The notes under the pieces are model-generated. The model had not been told where the DNA came from and made no database searches. It worked only from the letters and a program-made list of their open reading frames with translations. Positions 27,749 through 38,949 of a stretch of DNA of 64,000 bases are shown in pieces (the first letter of the stretch is position 1; each line of letters begins with the position of its first letter). Origin of the DNA: Mobula birostris. Taxonomy: Eukaryota. The stretch is from the NCBI RefSeq assembly GCF_030028105.1, contig NC_092402.1, positions 79,723,425-79,787,424 of the forward strand. The letters are read 5' to 3'. The position numbers and the translations under genes were made by a program.

Positions 27749-27928
27749 CTTCACCCGACACAGAATAAAGCACCGATATGAGACTAGAATCAGCTCCGAA
27801 AACCAGTCTTGTTCGCCGACTGGAACTCGGGATATAGAAACGCCGCGGCTTGTGATCCGGGAGCGGACGCCGGTGCTGCCGAGTCCTGTGTCTGGGGATC
27901 GTGCTCTGAGCTCTCTCTGCCATACTGC

Positions 27929-28079
27929 CGGATTTTATATGTTAAAATCCGAAAATGGGTGACATTCGAAAAGTGAAATGAGTGCGGGATATTTGGGAAC
28001 GCGTCGGGAGAGAGCGACCTTCGCTCTGAAGTAAGGAATCTGAAAGCGGGAGAGTCCCGCAGCAACGACGGGAAAATCC
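27929..28079 (-). promoter_or_regulatory. Proximal IFN promoter of copy C
   Basis: Same kB-kB-IRF-E-TATA arrangement as B, D and E. Confidence 0.75.
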
Positions 28080-28789
28080 GCCACCGGAGAGAACAAGCAG
28101 CGCCCAGGCTCCGGACTTCTTGACGGATTCAAGGTGTTGTGGAGGGAGGCTCAGGTTTGGCAGAGGACGAGGGTGGGATGAGGAAGTGACAGTGTCGGTG
28201 TATGGGTGGAGGCTGTATTTTATCATGGTTATAGTAACACTGTGTCGTTCAGCGCTTATATTCGGATCCACAAAGAGAATTCCTGTTAAATCCGTCCTCG
28301 CACTCACCCAACTCCGGTGACATCACAACACAGGGTGGACAGTGCCGAGAGCCCGCGTCACAGCCAACCTGTGGCGATTCGCTCTGCGGGAGTACACTTC
28401 CCCGTGACTGTGGTCGCTAAGTACAGAATGCTTCTGATATCTGCGTTCTTTTAAAATACATTTCTGTTCTTTTTATTATTTAAACGCTCCCACTCCGATT
28501 CAGAAAGTGATGCAACCCTCTTCCCTATTGAATATAGATTCTAAAGATTTTCCTCTTTTTCCGTGTTGTAAGCACTTCACTCCACTTTATGCCTTACGCT
28601 GTAGTTTTACACTCGTCAGAATAAGCAAGTGCATATATTTTGTTGTGAGTTGTCTCAGTTTTATATTTCAATGTTGTTACACGGATTTAATCTCTTGGTT
28701 TTAGTTCTTTATATTTATTTTGAAACGAGAAAGGGTTGAATCTGAAGTGAAAATGCCACAAGGACCAAGATGTACACAGCAGATGCCTC

Positions 28790-28990
28790 AAAGATGAGAA
28801 AATCTACAGATGCTGGAAATCCAAGCAAAACATACAAAATGCTGAAGGAACTCAGCAGGCCAGGCAGCATCTATAGAAAAGAGTCGACATTTCGGGCCGA
28901 GACCCTTCTTCAGTCCTGGCTGTTTACTCTTTTCCATGGATGCTGCCTGTCCTGTTGAGTTACTCCAGCATTTTGTATGAGTCGGTTGAA
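28790..28990 (-). mobile_element. Penelope pseudo-LTR inverted hairpin unit with hammerhead-like core
   Basis: Imperfect inverted arms around CTGAAGAAGGGTCTCGGCCCGAAATGTC (minus strand). TSD-like ACAGCAG(A/G)TGCCTC at 28776 and 28990. Confidence 0.7.
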
Positions 28991-29177
28991 CAGCAGGTGC
29001 CTCTTGCAATAGTAACGAGAGGGAAGGTAAGGTTTTGTTTTCCCAGTTTACGTTGTACCTCACTCTGGCAGTGGAGGAGGTCCCCGTAGCACGAATGAGA
29101 GTGGGGTTGAGAATTACAGCGGTTTCAAACCCTTCAATCTGTAGTTTTATTTGATCATTTACAAACACGTTCAATTT

Positions 29178-29494
29178 CGGAAGTGACGAAACCCCCTTTT
29201 CTTGACTCGGGTTACTTTCGCTTTTCTTCCAGTTGCAAACAGAGCCGGAGTCTTTCCTGGGAGCAGCGGCAAGAAAGAAAAGCGATCGGGGTCTGGATCG
29301 CCATCCGACTCAGTGTCCAAGTGGTTCGATTTAAACGAGAAACCGAAATGTCTTATTTAAATACAGACTACAAACACACTCTGTGCTTAGAGAGCACGGT
29401 CGCGGACTGGAGTACTCGCGCAGTGAGAGTCGCAGTGGCCTTGGCTTTCTGCGCTGACCACCCTGCGATGTGGTTTCATTGGAACTGGGTGAGT
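29178..29494 (+). promoter_or_regulatory. Putative distal promoter and non-coding exon 0 of copy D
   Basis: CGGAAGTGACG at 29178-29188, consensus IRF-E (reverse GAAAAGCGAAAGT) at 29214-29226, GTGAGT donor at 29489-29494. Confidence 0.45.
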
Positions 29495-29732
29495 GCTAGG
29501 TGCGAATTTAACAGAATCTGTTTGTGGCTCCGAAGATCAGCTCTGAAACGCGCAGTGTAACTGTAACCCTGATAAAAATGCAGCCCCCATCGAGGCACGA
29601 ACACGGTCACGTCCGCAAACCCACCCTCGTTCCCTGCTAAAGCTGACCCACCCTCCACAACCCTTTTGACCCCCCCGATCTGAACGACGCAAGAAGTCCG
29701 GAGCCTGGGCGCTGCTTGTTCTCTCCGGTGGC

Positions 29733-29883
29733 GGATTTTCCCGTCGTTGCTGCGGGACTCTCCCGCTTTCAGATTCCTTACTTCAGAGCGAAGGTCGCTC
29801 TCTCCCAACGCATTCCCAAATATTCCGCAGTCATTTCACTTTTCGAATGTCACCCATTTTCGGATTTTAACATATAAAATCCG
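29733..29883 (+). promoter_or_regulatory. Proximal IFN promoter of copy D
   Basis: GGATTTTCCC at 29733-29742, GGGACTCTCCC at 29754-29764, TTTCACTTTTC at 29834-29844, TATAAAA at 29873-29879. Confidence 0.78.
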
Positions 29884-30063
29884 GCAGTATGGCAGAGAGA
29901 GCTCACAACACGATCACCAGACACAGGACTCGGCAGCACCGGCGTCCGCTCCCGGATCACAAGCCGCGGCGTTTCTATATCCTGAGTTCCAGTCGGCGAA
30001 CAAGACCGGTTTTAAGAGCTGATCCTGGTCTCATATCGGTGCTTTATTCTGTGTCGCGTGAAG

Positions 30064-33000
30064 ATGGCATTGGGCCGAGTTTGGAGAGTTTGCAGTGTGT
30101 GGCTGTTTTTGACCGTGACCCTGACCCTGGGCTGTGAGAGGCTGCGGTTACTGCAAGTTCTCAACACAAAGACTCTGGGCAAACTGAATGAAATGGTGAG
30201 TTGAACCCGCTCCCAGAGACGGGTCCTGACAGTCCCGGGCTGTTCGTTGTTAACAAATAGTCTGTTCTCCCGGTGTTTCTGTGTGGTGGGATTGTCAGTA
30301 ACGTTGAAATCTTCTGTCTCAGGGTGGCCGCCTCCCCCGACAGTGTGCGACTGAGAGGCTGTCGTTGAAAACCAAGCCCCTGGAGCTGGTGAAACTTTCG
30401 GCGGAGGTTCATGTGAGTAAACTCTGGATTTTACTTTAACGTAATTTATTCGAGACATTTGTGTAATGCTAAGAACCTGACCTGAAATTTAACAGGTGAA
30501 CAAACTATTACAGAATGTCAATGCTTTTTCTCCATGTCATTGGCTTTTTCTGTCACTCCGGCTCGGATTCTAAAGAAAACATTCAAAGGGAATATATCTG
30601 ACAGCAGCTTTCACACCCTGTCGATCTCCTCCTGTGTTCCACTCACTGGCGGCCCACACTCTGTCTCTAACATCCTCTCCTCATCTCACATACTCTAACA
30701 CGAAACATGCTGCTCTGTGACCGTCTGCTTGCTACTGTCACTCCCCCTCCCTGCACTTTCTGGTCGCTCTGTCTGATGATCTCAACTACCCAATGAATTT
30801 ATCCCTTCTGACCATCTGCTGCAAATCTTCTTATCCCCTCAAAATCTCCTCGAAGCATCACACAACCTGTGTCCACCATGGGTGATGAAATCAACTGCAC
30901 TATCCCAATAATCCAACACCTGAGTTTAAGTGCCTCCTCCGACCTAGTTAAGTGATTCTTCATCTTAGTTGGCCCATTGGGATCAAGGAGGCGAGGATTT
31001 TGTGTGTGGGGGGGGGGGACGGGATAGGGGTGTATCAAATTATGAGTGGTGGAATTAGAATGTACTGCATTATTCTTCCCCACAGCTGAGGTGTCTACAT
31101 TGATTTAAGACAAAAAAGTAAGAGGTTTGGATGGGATATTAGGAAAATATTCCTCCAGGGTATACTTGAAATTTGGAACCCAGCATCTGAAAAGATATTG
31201 AGGGCAGAAATTTTCACAACATTTAAGGAGTATCTACTGTATATGATTGCTTCAATTGCCAAGGCTACTGAGCAGCTATTGGTGAATGGAGCATGAGAAC
31301 AATGCAGCACAGTACATGCACGATGTCTACTCTAATATCAATCTAACCCTTCCCTCCCTCATAGTTCTCCATTTTTTCTTTCTTCCATATCTCTATCTAA
31401 CAGTCTCTGAAATGTCCCAAATGTATTTGCGTCGACTACCACCCTGGCGGGGCGTTCTATGCATCCACTATTCTCTGTGTAAAAGACCTACCTCTGACAC
31501 TGCCCCCCCCCCATACATTCCTCCGAACACCTCAAAGTTATGCCCCTTGTATTAGCTATTTTTATCCTGGGAAAAAGTCTCTGTTGCCCACTCTACCTTT
31601 GCCTGTTATCATCTTGTACACCTCTATCAAGTCACCTCTCGTCCTCCTTCTCTCCAAAGAGAAAAGCCCAAATTATCCTCATGAGATATGCCCTCTAATC
31701 TGATCAGCATCATGGTAAATCAACTCTGCACCCTGTCTAAAGCCATGTACTTCCTATATTGAAGTGAACAAAACTGAGCACAATACTCCAAATGTGGTCT
31801 ATCTAGAGCTTTATAGAAGAGTTATACAACTGCAACATTACCTCACAGCTCTTAAACTCAATCCTATGAGTAACTCCATATGCCTTCTTAATCACCCTGT
31901 CAGCTTCCATAGCAACTTTAAGGGATCTATGAACATGGACTTCAAGATCCCGCTTTTCCTCCACTTAAGATCCCTGCCATTAACTCTGTATTCTGCCTTC
32001 AATTTTGAGCTTCCAAAGAGAAACACTTGATACTTTTCTAGATTGAACATCATCTGTCATTTTTCAGCCCAGCTCTGCATTCCATGAATGTCCCATTGTA
32101 ACCCAAATCAATCTTCTATTCTATGCATAACAACATCAATCTTTGTGTTATCTGCAAACTTACTAATTCTCCCTTCCGCTTCCTGATCTAAGTCATTTAA
32201 AAATATTACAAAGGGAAGGGTCTCAGAAAAGATTTTTGCGAACACCATGAGGGACAGACTTCCAGGCAGAATGTGTTCCATCTGCTACCACCTTCTGCCT
32301 TCTGTGGGCAAGCCAACTCTGAATCCACTTAGCCAAGTTTCCCTGAATTCAATGCCTCTTTACTTTTTGAATGAGCTTACCATGGGGAACCTCGTCAAAT
32401 GCCTTACTAAAACCCATACATACTACATCCACTCTTCTGCCTTGGGAATTTCCTTAATTCGACTTGTGATAGCCTTTTCATGTCCAGTTCTAGCTCTTGT
32501 AAGTCCATTCATTAGCTGCTGCCTGGCTACTAGCAGATGAGATGGGCCAAATGGTCTAATTATGCTCTTATGTGCTATAGCCTACCTTGCAGCTCTCAAG
32601 AGTCTGATCCTTTCTTACTAAATTTTAGGTATGTTTCTTTCTTCCTCTAAACTAGATGTTCCACTTCTCTTGTCAACCATGATTCCTTCACCCTACCATC
32701 CTTTCCTTGCCTGAATGGGGCAAACCTATCCAGAATCACATGCAAGTACTACAACCTTCACATTTCCATTGTGCATTTCTCTGAGTGCATCTGTTCCCAA
32801 TTTATGCTCTCAAGTTTCTACCTAATAGCATCATAATTGACCTGCCCCCAATTAAATAATTTATAATACTGTCAGCTCCTATCCTTCTAAAAGGCTATGG
32901 TAAAGGTGTGGGAGTTGTAGTCACTGTCTCCAAAATGCTCATCTAAAAAAGATATGTCACCTGACCACGTTCATTGGCTAGAACCAGGCCTAATATGACC

Positions 33001-34694
33001 TCTCCTCTAGTTGGCCTGTCTGCATACTGTGTCAGGAATCCTTCCAGGACAGACCCAACATGCTCTGTCCCATCTAAACTTTTTGCACTGAGGAGCTGAC
33101 AATCAATTTTAGAGAACTTGAAGTCACCAATGACAACAACCCTGTATCTTTCCAAAATCTGCCTCCCAATCTGCTGCTCAGTGTATTGGATAATGTTGAG
33201 GGGATCTACAGAAATCTTTCAATAGAGTGACTGCTTCCTTGCTGTTTCTGACTTCCATCAACACTGACTCCATAGACGATCCCTCCAGGACGTCCTGCCT
33301 TTTTGCAGCTGTGATACCATCCCTGGTTAGCAATGCCACTCCCCCACCTCTTTTACCTCTCTCCCTGTCCCTTTTGAAAAATCTAAACCCCAGAAACTGC
33401 AGCAAAAAATTCCTGCCCTTGTGACAAATCCTCTGACCTATCACTCTGCTTTTGTATCACTCTGAATGAGATTTCTTTAGGTGGCTGCTTGATGGGTGGT
33501 ATGGACTGAGAGGACTCGAGCACCTTTATTTCTGTGACTCTTACTTGCCCCTACTCAAGTTCTGAAGTGTAGAAGATGATCTGCTTATCTTAAAAATGTG
33601 TGATGGCCATTGGGCATCAGGTACCAGACGGTGCAGACACAGGGGACCTCAGCTCACATTACAAGACACCCCTAAAAAGTTCCTACTCCCATTGTCACCT
33701 GTCATCTATTTCCCTAACCACTTCACTGACGTTCCAATTCCTTGGACTAACATAATTAACATGCAACTGTTTATGTCATTGTCTTTATAAGTTACTGTTT
33801 AATCTTTTTAACAACCCATTCAGACAACTGTCTGTCTCACCTCCATGATTCTCCCCTTTATGAGATTGTAGATCTCTATAAAATCTCCCCCTCACTATTT
33901 CTGGTGAAAGGAGAGCAGACTAAATTCCTCTAGTCTGTGTAACTAACATCCTGTGGAATTGATGCCATTCGCTCATTCAGTCAAGCAGCTTGTCATTCTT
34001 CATCTAAGTCCTTATTTGTGGTTCATTGCTCATTCCCTGTTGAAACCTCTAACTGTACACTGCAATTGACAACGATGTGACCTTCAATTCACAGTTGTTA
34101 GTAGCCCTCCATTTGAGGTCTGTATATTTTAAGTTGATGTTTGATTTTGTCTTGTACTAAGACTCATAAATGTTCTGTTCTAATTCTAAACGTTTGTGAG
34201 ACCACAACCCTACTAATGTCACCATGTGTGTTTTGCACAGGCGCAGGAAAGGATCTGGATTGTCCATCAGACCCTGCATCACCTCCGCAGGATCTACAGT
34301 TTGAACCTGAGCTCAGTCACGTGGGTCCAGAGCTCAGTGGAACACTTCAGGCATCTCTTGGATCGGCAGCTCAAAGAGCTGGATGTCTGTGTCCGGAAAC
34401 CGGGCTCAGAGTCCAAACCAAGGAAGAATGCCGCAATTCTTAAATACTTTCAGAAATTGAGAGAGTTTTTGAAACAGAAGGTGAATTGATATTAAAACAT
34501 GTGCCTGCCAATACATTTATTTATCTACTTTATACTTGTTCATGATCTAATTTTTCACTATTGAGTACATTTGCCTTTTTCTTCCTCCCTTTTAGGGATT
34601 CAGCAACTGTGCCTGGGAGGTAACCCGCACTGAGACCACCACGCATTTAAAACAGCTCCTTCTCATTATGGCAAAAATCAGCAGAGATCACTGA
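30064..34694 (+). CDS. Type I interferon copy D, 186 aa; exons 30064-30195, 30323-30412, 34241-34480, 34596-34694
   Basis: MALGRVWRVCSVWLFLTVTLTLG|CERLRLLQVLNTKTLGKLNEM / GGRLPRQCATERLSLKTKPLELVKLSAEVH / AQERIW...KYFQKLREFLKQK / GFSNCAWEVTRTETTTHLKQLLLIMAKISRDH*. Canonical phase-0 introns. Confidence 0.92.
31295..33440 (-). mobile_element. Degenerate CR1 LINE fragments in intron 2 of copy D
   Basis: Endonuclease remnants RGGGVALL and GDF (ORFs 33178-33444, 32943-33155), with RT remnants downstream. Confidence 0.75.
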
Positions 34695-34738
34695 AGATTT
34701 TCCAGAGTCAATTTTATAAGGGATCAAGATTAATGACT

Positions 34739-36080
34739 ATTTATTTAAAATAACTTTCAAGGCAAAGTATATCTGAACCAGCTGATGTTACATTCAAAAA
34801 TAAATTAAACTAAGTACAGTACTAGAAATTTTAATGGAAACTCCAGCTGGTGCAAATACTCAGTGCCTGTGGAGATGAAATCTGAGTTAATTCCTCGAGT
34901 CAATGCTCATAAACTTGAAACACTAATTGTTGCTCACTCCACTCAGCAGCTGTCTGAGCTGTGCATGTTTTCAGTATTTTCTGTTTTTACTGTTTATTAT
35001 ACAACCATATTAATACAATTTTCATCTGGCAAGTGATGTGGAAGGAATGTTTGGATCTTTTTCCATATCCAGTGTTGTGTTGAATTAATTTATTGCTATT
35101 TTTTGTATTATTACTCAGTGATGAAATGTGAATTTAGTGAATGATACTATTCTTGTCCATTCATATCAAGACAGGCAGCTACTGCAATGCAATGATCCAA
35201 TCCTGGAAAAGGTGCACTGTGGACAGCTTCTCACTCTATCTGCCATTCTGCACCTTATCTCTATTACGGTTTTAAGGCATCCGTTAGTCTTGCGAGACCA
35301 TGGATCTGCACCTGGAAAGTCTTCACTCTCCAGGGCGCAGGCCTGGGCAAGGTTGTATGGAAGACCAGCAGTTGCCAATGCTGCAAGTCTCCCCTCTCCA
35401 TGACACCGATGTTGTCCAAGGGAAGGGCATGAGGACCCATACAGCTTGGTACCAGTGTCATCGCAGAGCAATGTGTGATTAAGTGCCTTACTCAGGGACA
35501 CAACATCACACAACACCTGTTGCCATGGCTGAGGCTCGAACTCACGACCTTCAGGTCGCTAGTCTAATGCCTTAACCACTTGGCCACGTGCCCACATGGT
35601 TTGCATCATTGTAGTTCTCTATCTAAATTAATCCTGGGTGGAATTTTGTTTCTCATAACTTCATTTACAAGAAATTTTGCAATTTCTTTTGTCCAGCATC
35701 CTCTAGTGTTATCAGTTTGATCTGAGAGTTGTAGGTTTCAGCCCCTCTTCAAAGGTAAACTGTTTGTAGTTCTATTCCTTTTCCCAAAAATTCTTCCTCC
35801 AATTGTCATTTTTGTAATGGGAATATGCATTGGGAATGTTCTGATCTACACTTAGTACACAGGTTGTGGGTATGCAAGACCATTCCTCTTGATTTCATCG
35901 CTGATCTTCAGTGATCATAATGTGATTGTTCTCCCAATGGTTAGAAGATAAAGTTGTCCTAATTTATTTATACTGTATTTATTGTGATCATTTAAAAAAG
36001 TATGTACATGTAGCTCAAAAGTTTTAATTTATTATTACTGTGAAAAATACAATGGATAATATATTTTTAAATTTAATAAA
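34739..36080 (+). promoter_or_regulatory. 3'UTR of copy D with AU-rich elements and candidate polyA signal
   Basis: ATTTATTTA at 34739-34747, further ATTTA clusters at 35960-36075, AATAAA at 36075-36080. Homologous layout follows B, C and E. Confidence 0.5.
35270..35593 (-). mobile_element. tRNA-derived SINE in the 3'UTR of copy D
   Basis: Minus-strand head GGGCACGTGGCCAAGTGGTTAAGG...GAGTTCGAGCC (A and B boxes), followed by a CORE-like CCTGAGTAAGGCACTTAA. Confidence 0.75.
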
Positions 36081-36708
36081 AAATCAGTGAAGATGTTACT
36101 ACATATTAATTATTCTGAATATTTCACATTTTTGGAATAAAAATTTGGGCATGCTGATCCTCCTCACAGAATATAACATTTCTTCTTCTCATTCCTTGTT
36201 ATAGGTACTTCCCCCACTTTATTCTTTCCCCTGCAATGTCACATTCAGCAGACAAAGCATATGAGTACACTTCAAAGTGATTTGACGTGATTTTTATCTT
36301 CCCTGTATGTTACTTGGTTTTCATCTTCATATTCTCCCTTTGAATGAGGAAGTGTTGAATCTGAAGGGAACATGTAAATGTAACACAGGCCTATATCTTA
36401 AAGCAGAAACCACATGCAGTGGTACTGTCACGGAGGATAAAGTGCTGCTCTTCTTGCTTATATTGGGCTCATTGTGGTAGTGGAGGAGGCTGCAGTGAGG
36501 TCAGAATGGGACTGGGATTGAGAACGAACGTGCTTTTAGATTCCAGCATCATAAATTCTAAATTAAAGTTTATTGTCAGAAGCATCAGTGCCCAGGTTAT
36601 AAATGCCATGAAAATTAGTTTTTTTTTGCAGGAGCGCCACAGCATATTATAAACATTACAAACAGAAGTTAGCAAATATAACTTAGCAAAAAAAAGAGAG
36701 TATATCGA

Positions 36709-36900
36709 AAACAACAGGAATTCTGCAGATGCTGGAAATTCAATCAACACACATCAAAGTTGCTGGTGAACGCAGCAGGCCAGGCAGCATCTGTAGGAAG
36801 AGGTGCAGTCGACGTTTCAGGCCGAGACCCTTCGTCAGGACTTCTTCCTACAGATGCTGCCTGGCCTGCTGCGTTCACCAGCAACTTTGATGTGTGTTGA
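36709..36900 (-). mobile_element. Penelope-derived ~190-bp hairpin element with TSD
   Basis: Perfect 58-bp inverted arms at 36744-36801 and 36843-36900. TSD GAGAGTATATCGA at 36696-36708 and 36901-36913. Confidence 0.85.
36807..36842 (-). ncRNA. Minimal type I hammerhead ribozyme (Penelope type)
   Basis: AGUC CUGACGA A GGGU-CUCG-GCCU GAAA CG UC GACU: intact core, stem I AGUC/GACU, stem II with tetraloop, palindromic ACGU in place of stem III. Confidence 0.75.
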
Positions 36901-38949
36901 GAGAGTATATCGAGTTAGGAAAGAGGCTGAGGAGAAGGGCATCCAAGGTAGTGCAGGTAGGAATGGGACACAGGTCGATAAGTGGTTAAAAAAGCTTATG
37001 GAATACTTGTTTTTATTAGTCGTGACATTGAGTTCAAAGGTCAAGAGCTTATGTTACAACTTTATAGACTCTTGTTAGGCCACCCCTGGTGTTTTGCATA
37101 CAGTTCTTGTCGCTCCACTATAGGAAGGACGTCGAAGCTTTGGAGAGGGCGCAGAAGAGGTTTACTGGGATGTTGCCTGGTTCAGAGGGCTATCACAAGA
37201 AGCTGAACAAACTTGGGTTGTTTACTTTGGAGCAGCTGAGGCTGGGGGGAGAGCTGATAGGGGTTTATATGATTATGAGATGCATAGGTAGACAGAGAGT
37301 ATCTGTTTTTTCCAGGGTAGAAATATCTAATACCAGATGAGCATGAATTGAAGGTGAGTCGGGGGAGTTTCAGGGGAGAATTGAGAGGTAAATTTTTTAC
37401 TTAGGCAGTGGTAGATGCCTGGAATGTGCTGCCTGTATGGAAGTAGAGGCTTTTAAAGAGACGTTCAGATAAGCACATGGACGTGGATATGAGGAAAGTG
37501 GAGGGATATGGACATTGTGTAGGCATACAACATTGTGGGCCGAATAGCCTGTTCCTGTGCTGTACTGTTCTATAAACTTACAGTAACATAAATTATACAC
37601 AATTTACAAAATAAGAAAAGTAAACATAAACACACATGTAAGTTGTGCAAGTTAATCCAGGGTCGCGTTAAGGTATTTCAGTTCGGTACAGGACCCCGAT
37701 ACAGTGGGGAAGAAGCTGCTGAAGAACTTTGAGATGTGAGTCTTGAAGCTCCTCTAGATTCTGCCGAGTGGGAACATTTATTGCTTTCCTGAGACATTAT
37801 CTCCTGTCGATGTCATTTATGGTGTGGAGAGCTGCACTAGTGATGAAACTGGATGAGTATACTACACTCTGCAGCCTCTTGAATCCCTGTGCATTGAGTT
37901 TCCATGCCAAGCCCCGAGGTAACCCGTCAGAACGCTTTCTATCGTACATCTATAGAAGTTTGGCAGAGTATTCGATGACATATTGAATCACCTTAAACTA
38001 AGAAAATAGGGATGCTGGAGTATATTCTTCATTGTTGCATCCAGAAGCGGTCGAGTGTGTTGAGTCCTTTGATGTTACCGGTGACATGCTGGCAGTAGTT
38101 CGGCAGAGGATTCTTCAAGTTAAACTAGTTGAAGTGCCCTCCGATGCTGAGGAAGGCATTGGTGAGGCCAGTTAATCACGGAGCTCAATCCCTCCAGTGC
38201 TAGTTTGACATCTGCCTGGGGTGGGAATATACTTCAACCAGTGTAACATCAGAGAACTCCCCCGCTAGATAATAATGTAAACCATACGAACGAGATAGAA
38301 CCTCCTGCTCCCAGCACTCCAGCAGTTAGTCAGGAAGCAAAAGTCATCGCCTCCGCAGTTTCACTTACGCTCCATTCCGGTTGATAAACACTCCACTTCG
38401 GAAGTGACGACCCCGTCACCTTTACCCTCGGACACTTTCGTTTCGGGTGAATTTGCCGTGAAGCCACTTCCCACCGGCAAGCTAAGCTGGAGGCTAACCC
38501 GCAGCAGCGCAGACAGAGCAGGCATCGGAATCGCCTTTCGATCCGGAGACGAAGAAGAATTGAAAGAAACGCCGAAGTGTCTTCTGTAAAGAACCCGGAC
38601 ACCATACTACCTTCATAGCGAGCACAGCCATAGACAGGTGTATCCGCGCAGAGTCGCTACCAAAGTGATGTGCTCAGGCTCTGTACACTGACCACCCTGC
38701 GATATGGCACCACTGGCGTTGAATTTAACAGAATCTCTGTCTGTGGATCCGAAGATCAGCGCTGAAAGGCGCAGGGTTACTGTCACCGTGATCAACTGCA
38801 GCCCTCACGGATGCACCGACACAGTCACGTCCTCACCCCACCACCGTCCCTTGCCAAACCTGACCCACCCTCCACAGTACCTCGGACCACCCGATCTGAA
38901 CGAACGCATGAAGTCCGGAGCCTGGGCACTGGTTGTTCTCTCCGGTGGC

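Noticed and set aside
29348-29488. Coding exon 0 spliced in frame to exon 2 (MSYL...MWFHWNW in D)
   Set aside because: In phase only in D; the corresponding ATGs in B and C are in other phases, so a conserved coding role is unsupported.
29889-30137. 82-aa MAERA... ORF as a stand-alone protein-coding gene
   Set aside because: The ATG lies upstream of the expected TATA start site, copies are too similar for conservation to be informative, and it is truncated in A. Kept only as a candidate regulatory uORF.
30064-34694. Assignment to IFN-lambda or the IL-10 family
   Set aside because: The CAWE motif, Cys1/29/101/136 spacing, the YF..L..FL..K helix and the kB/IRF promoter all fit type I IFN.
35528-35593. 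tRNA gene
   Set aside because: A and B boxes are present, but the sequence continues into a SINE body and has no complete acceptor stem.
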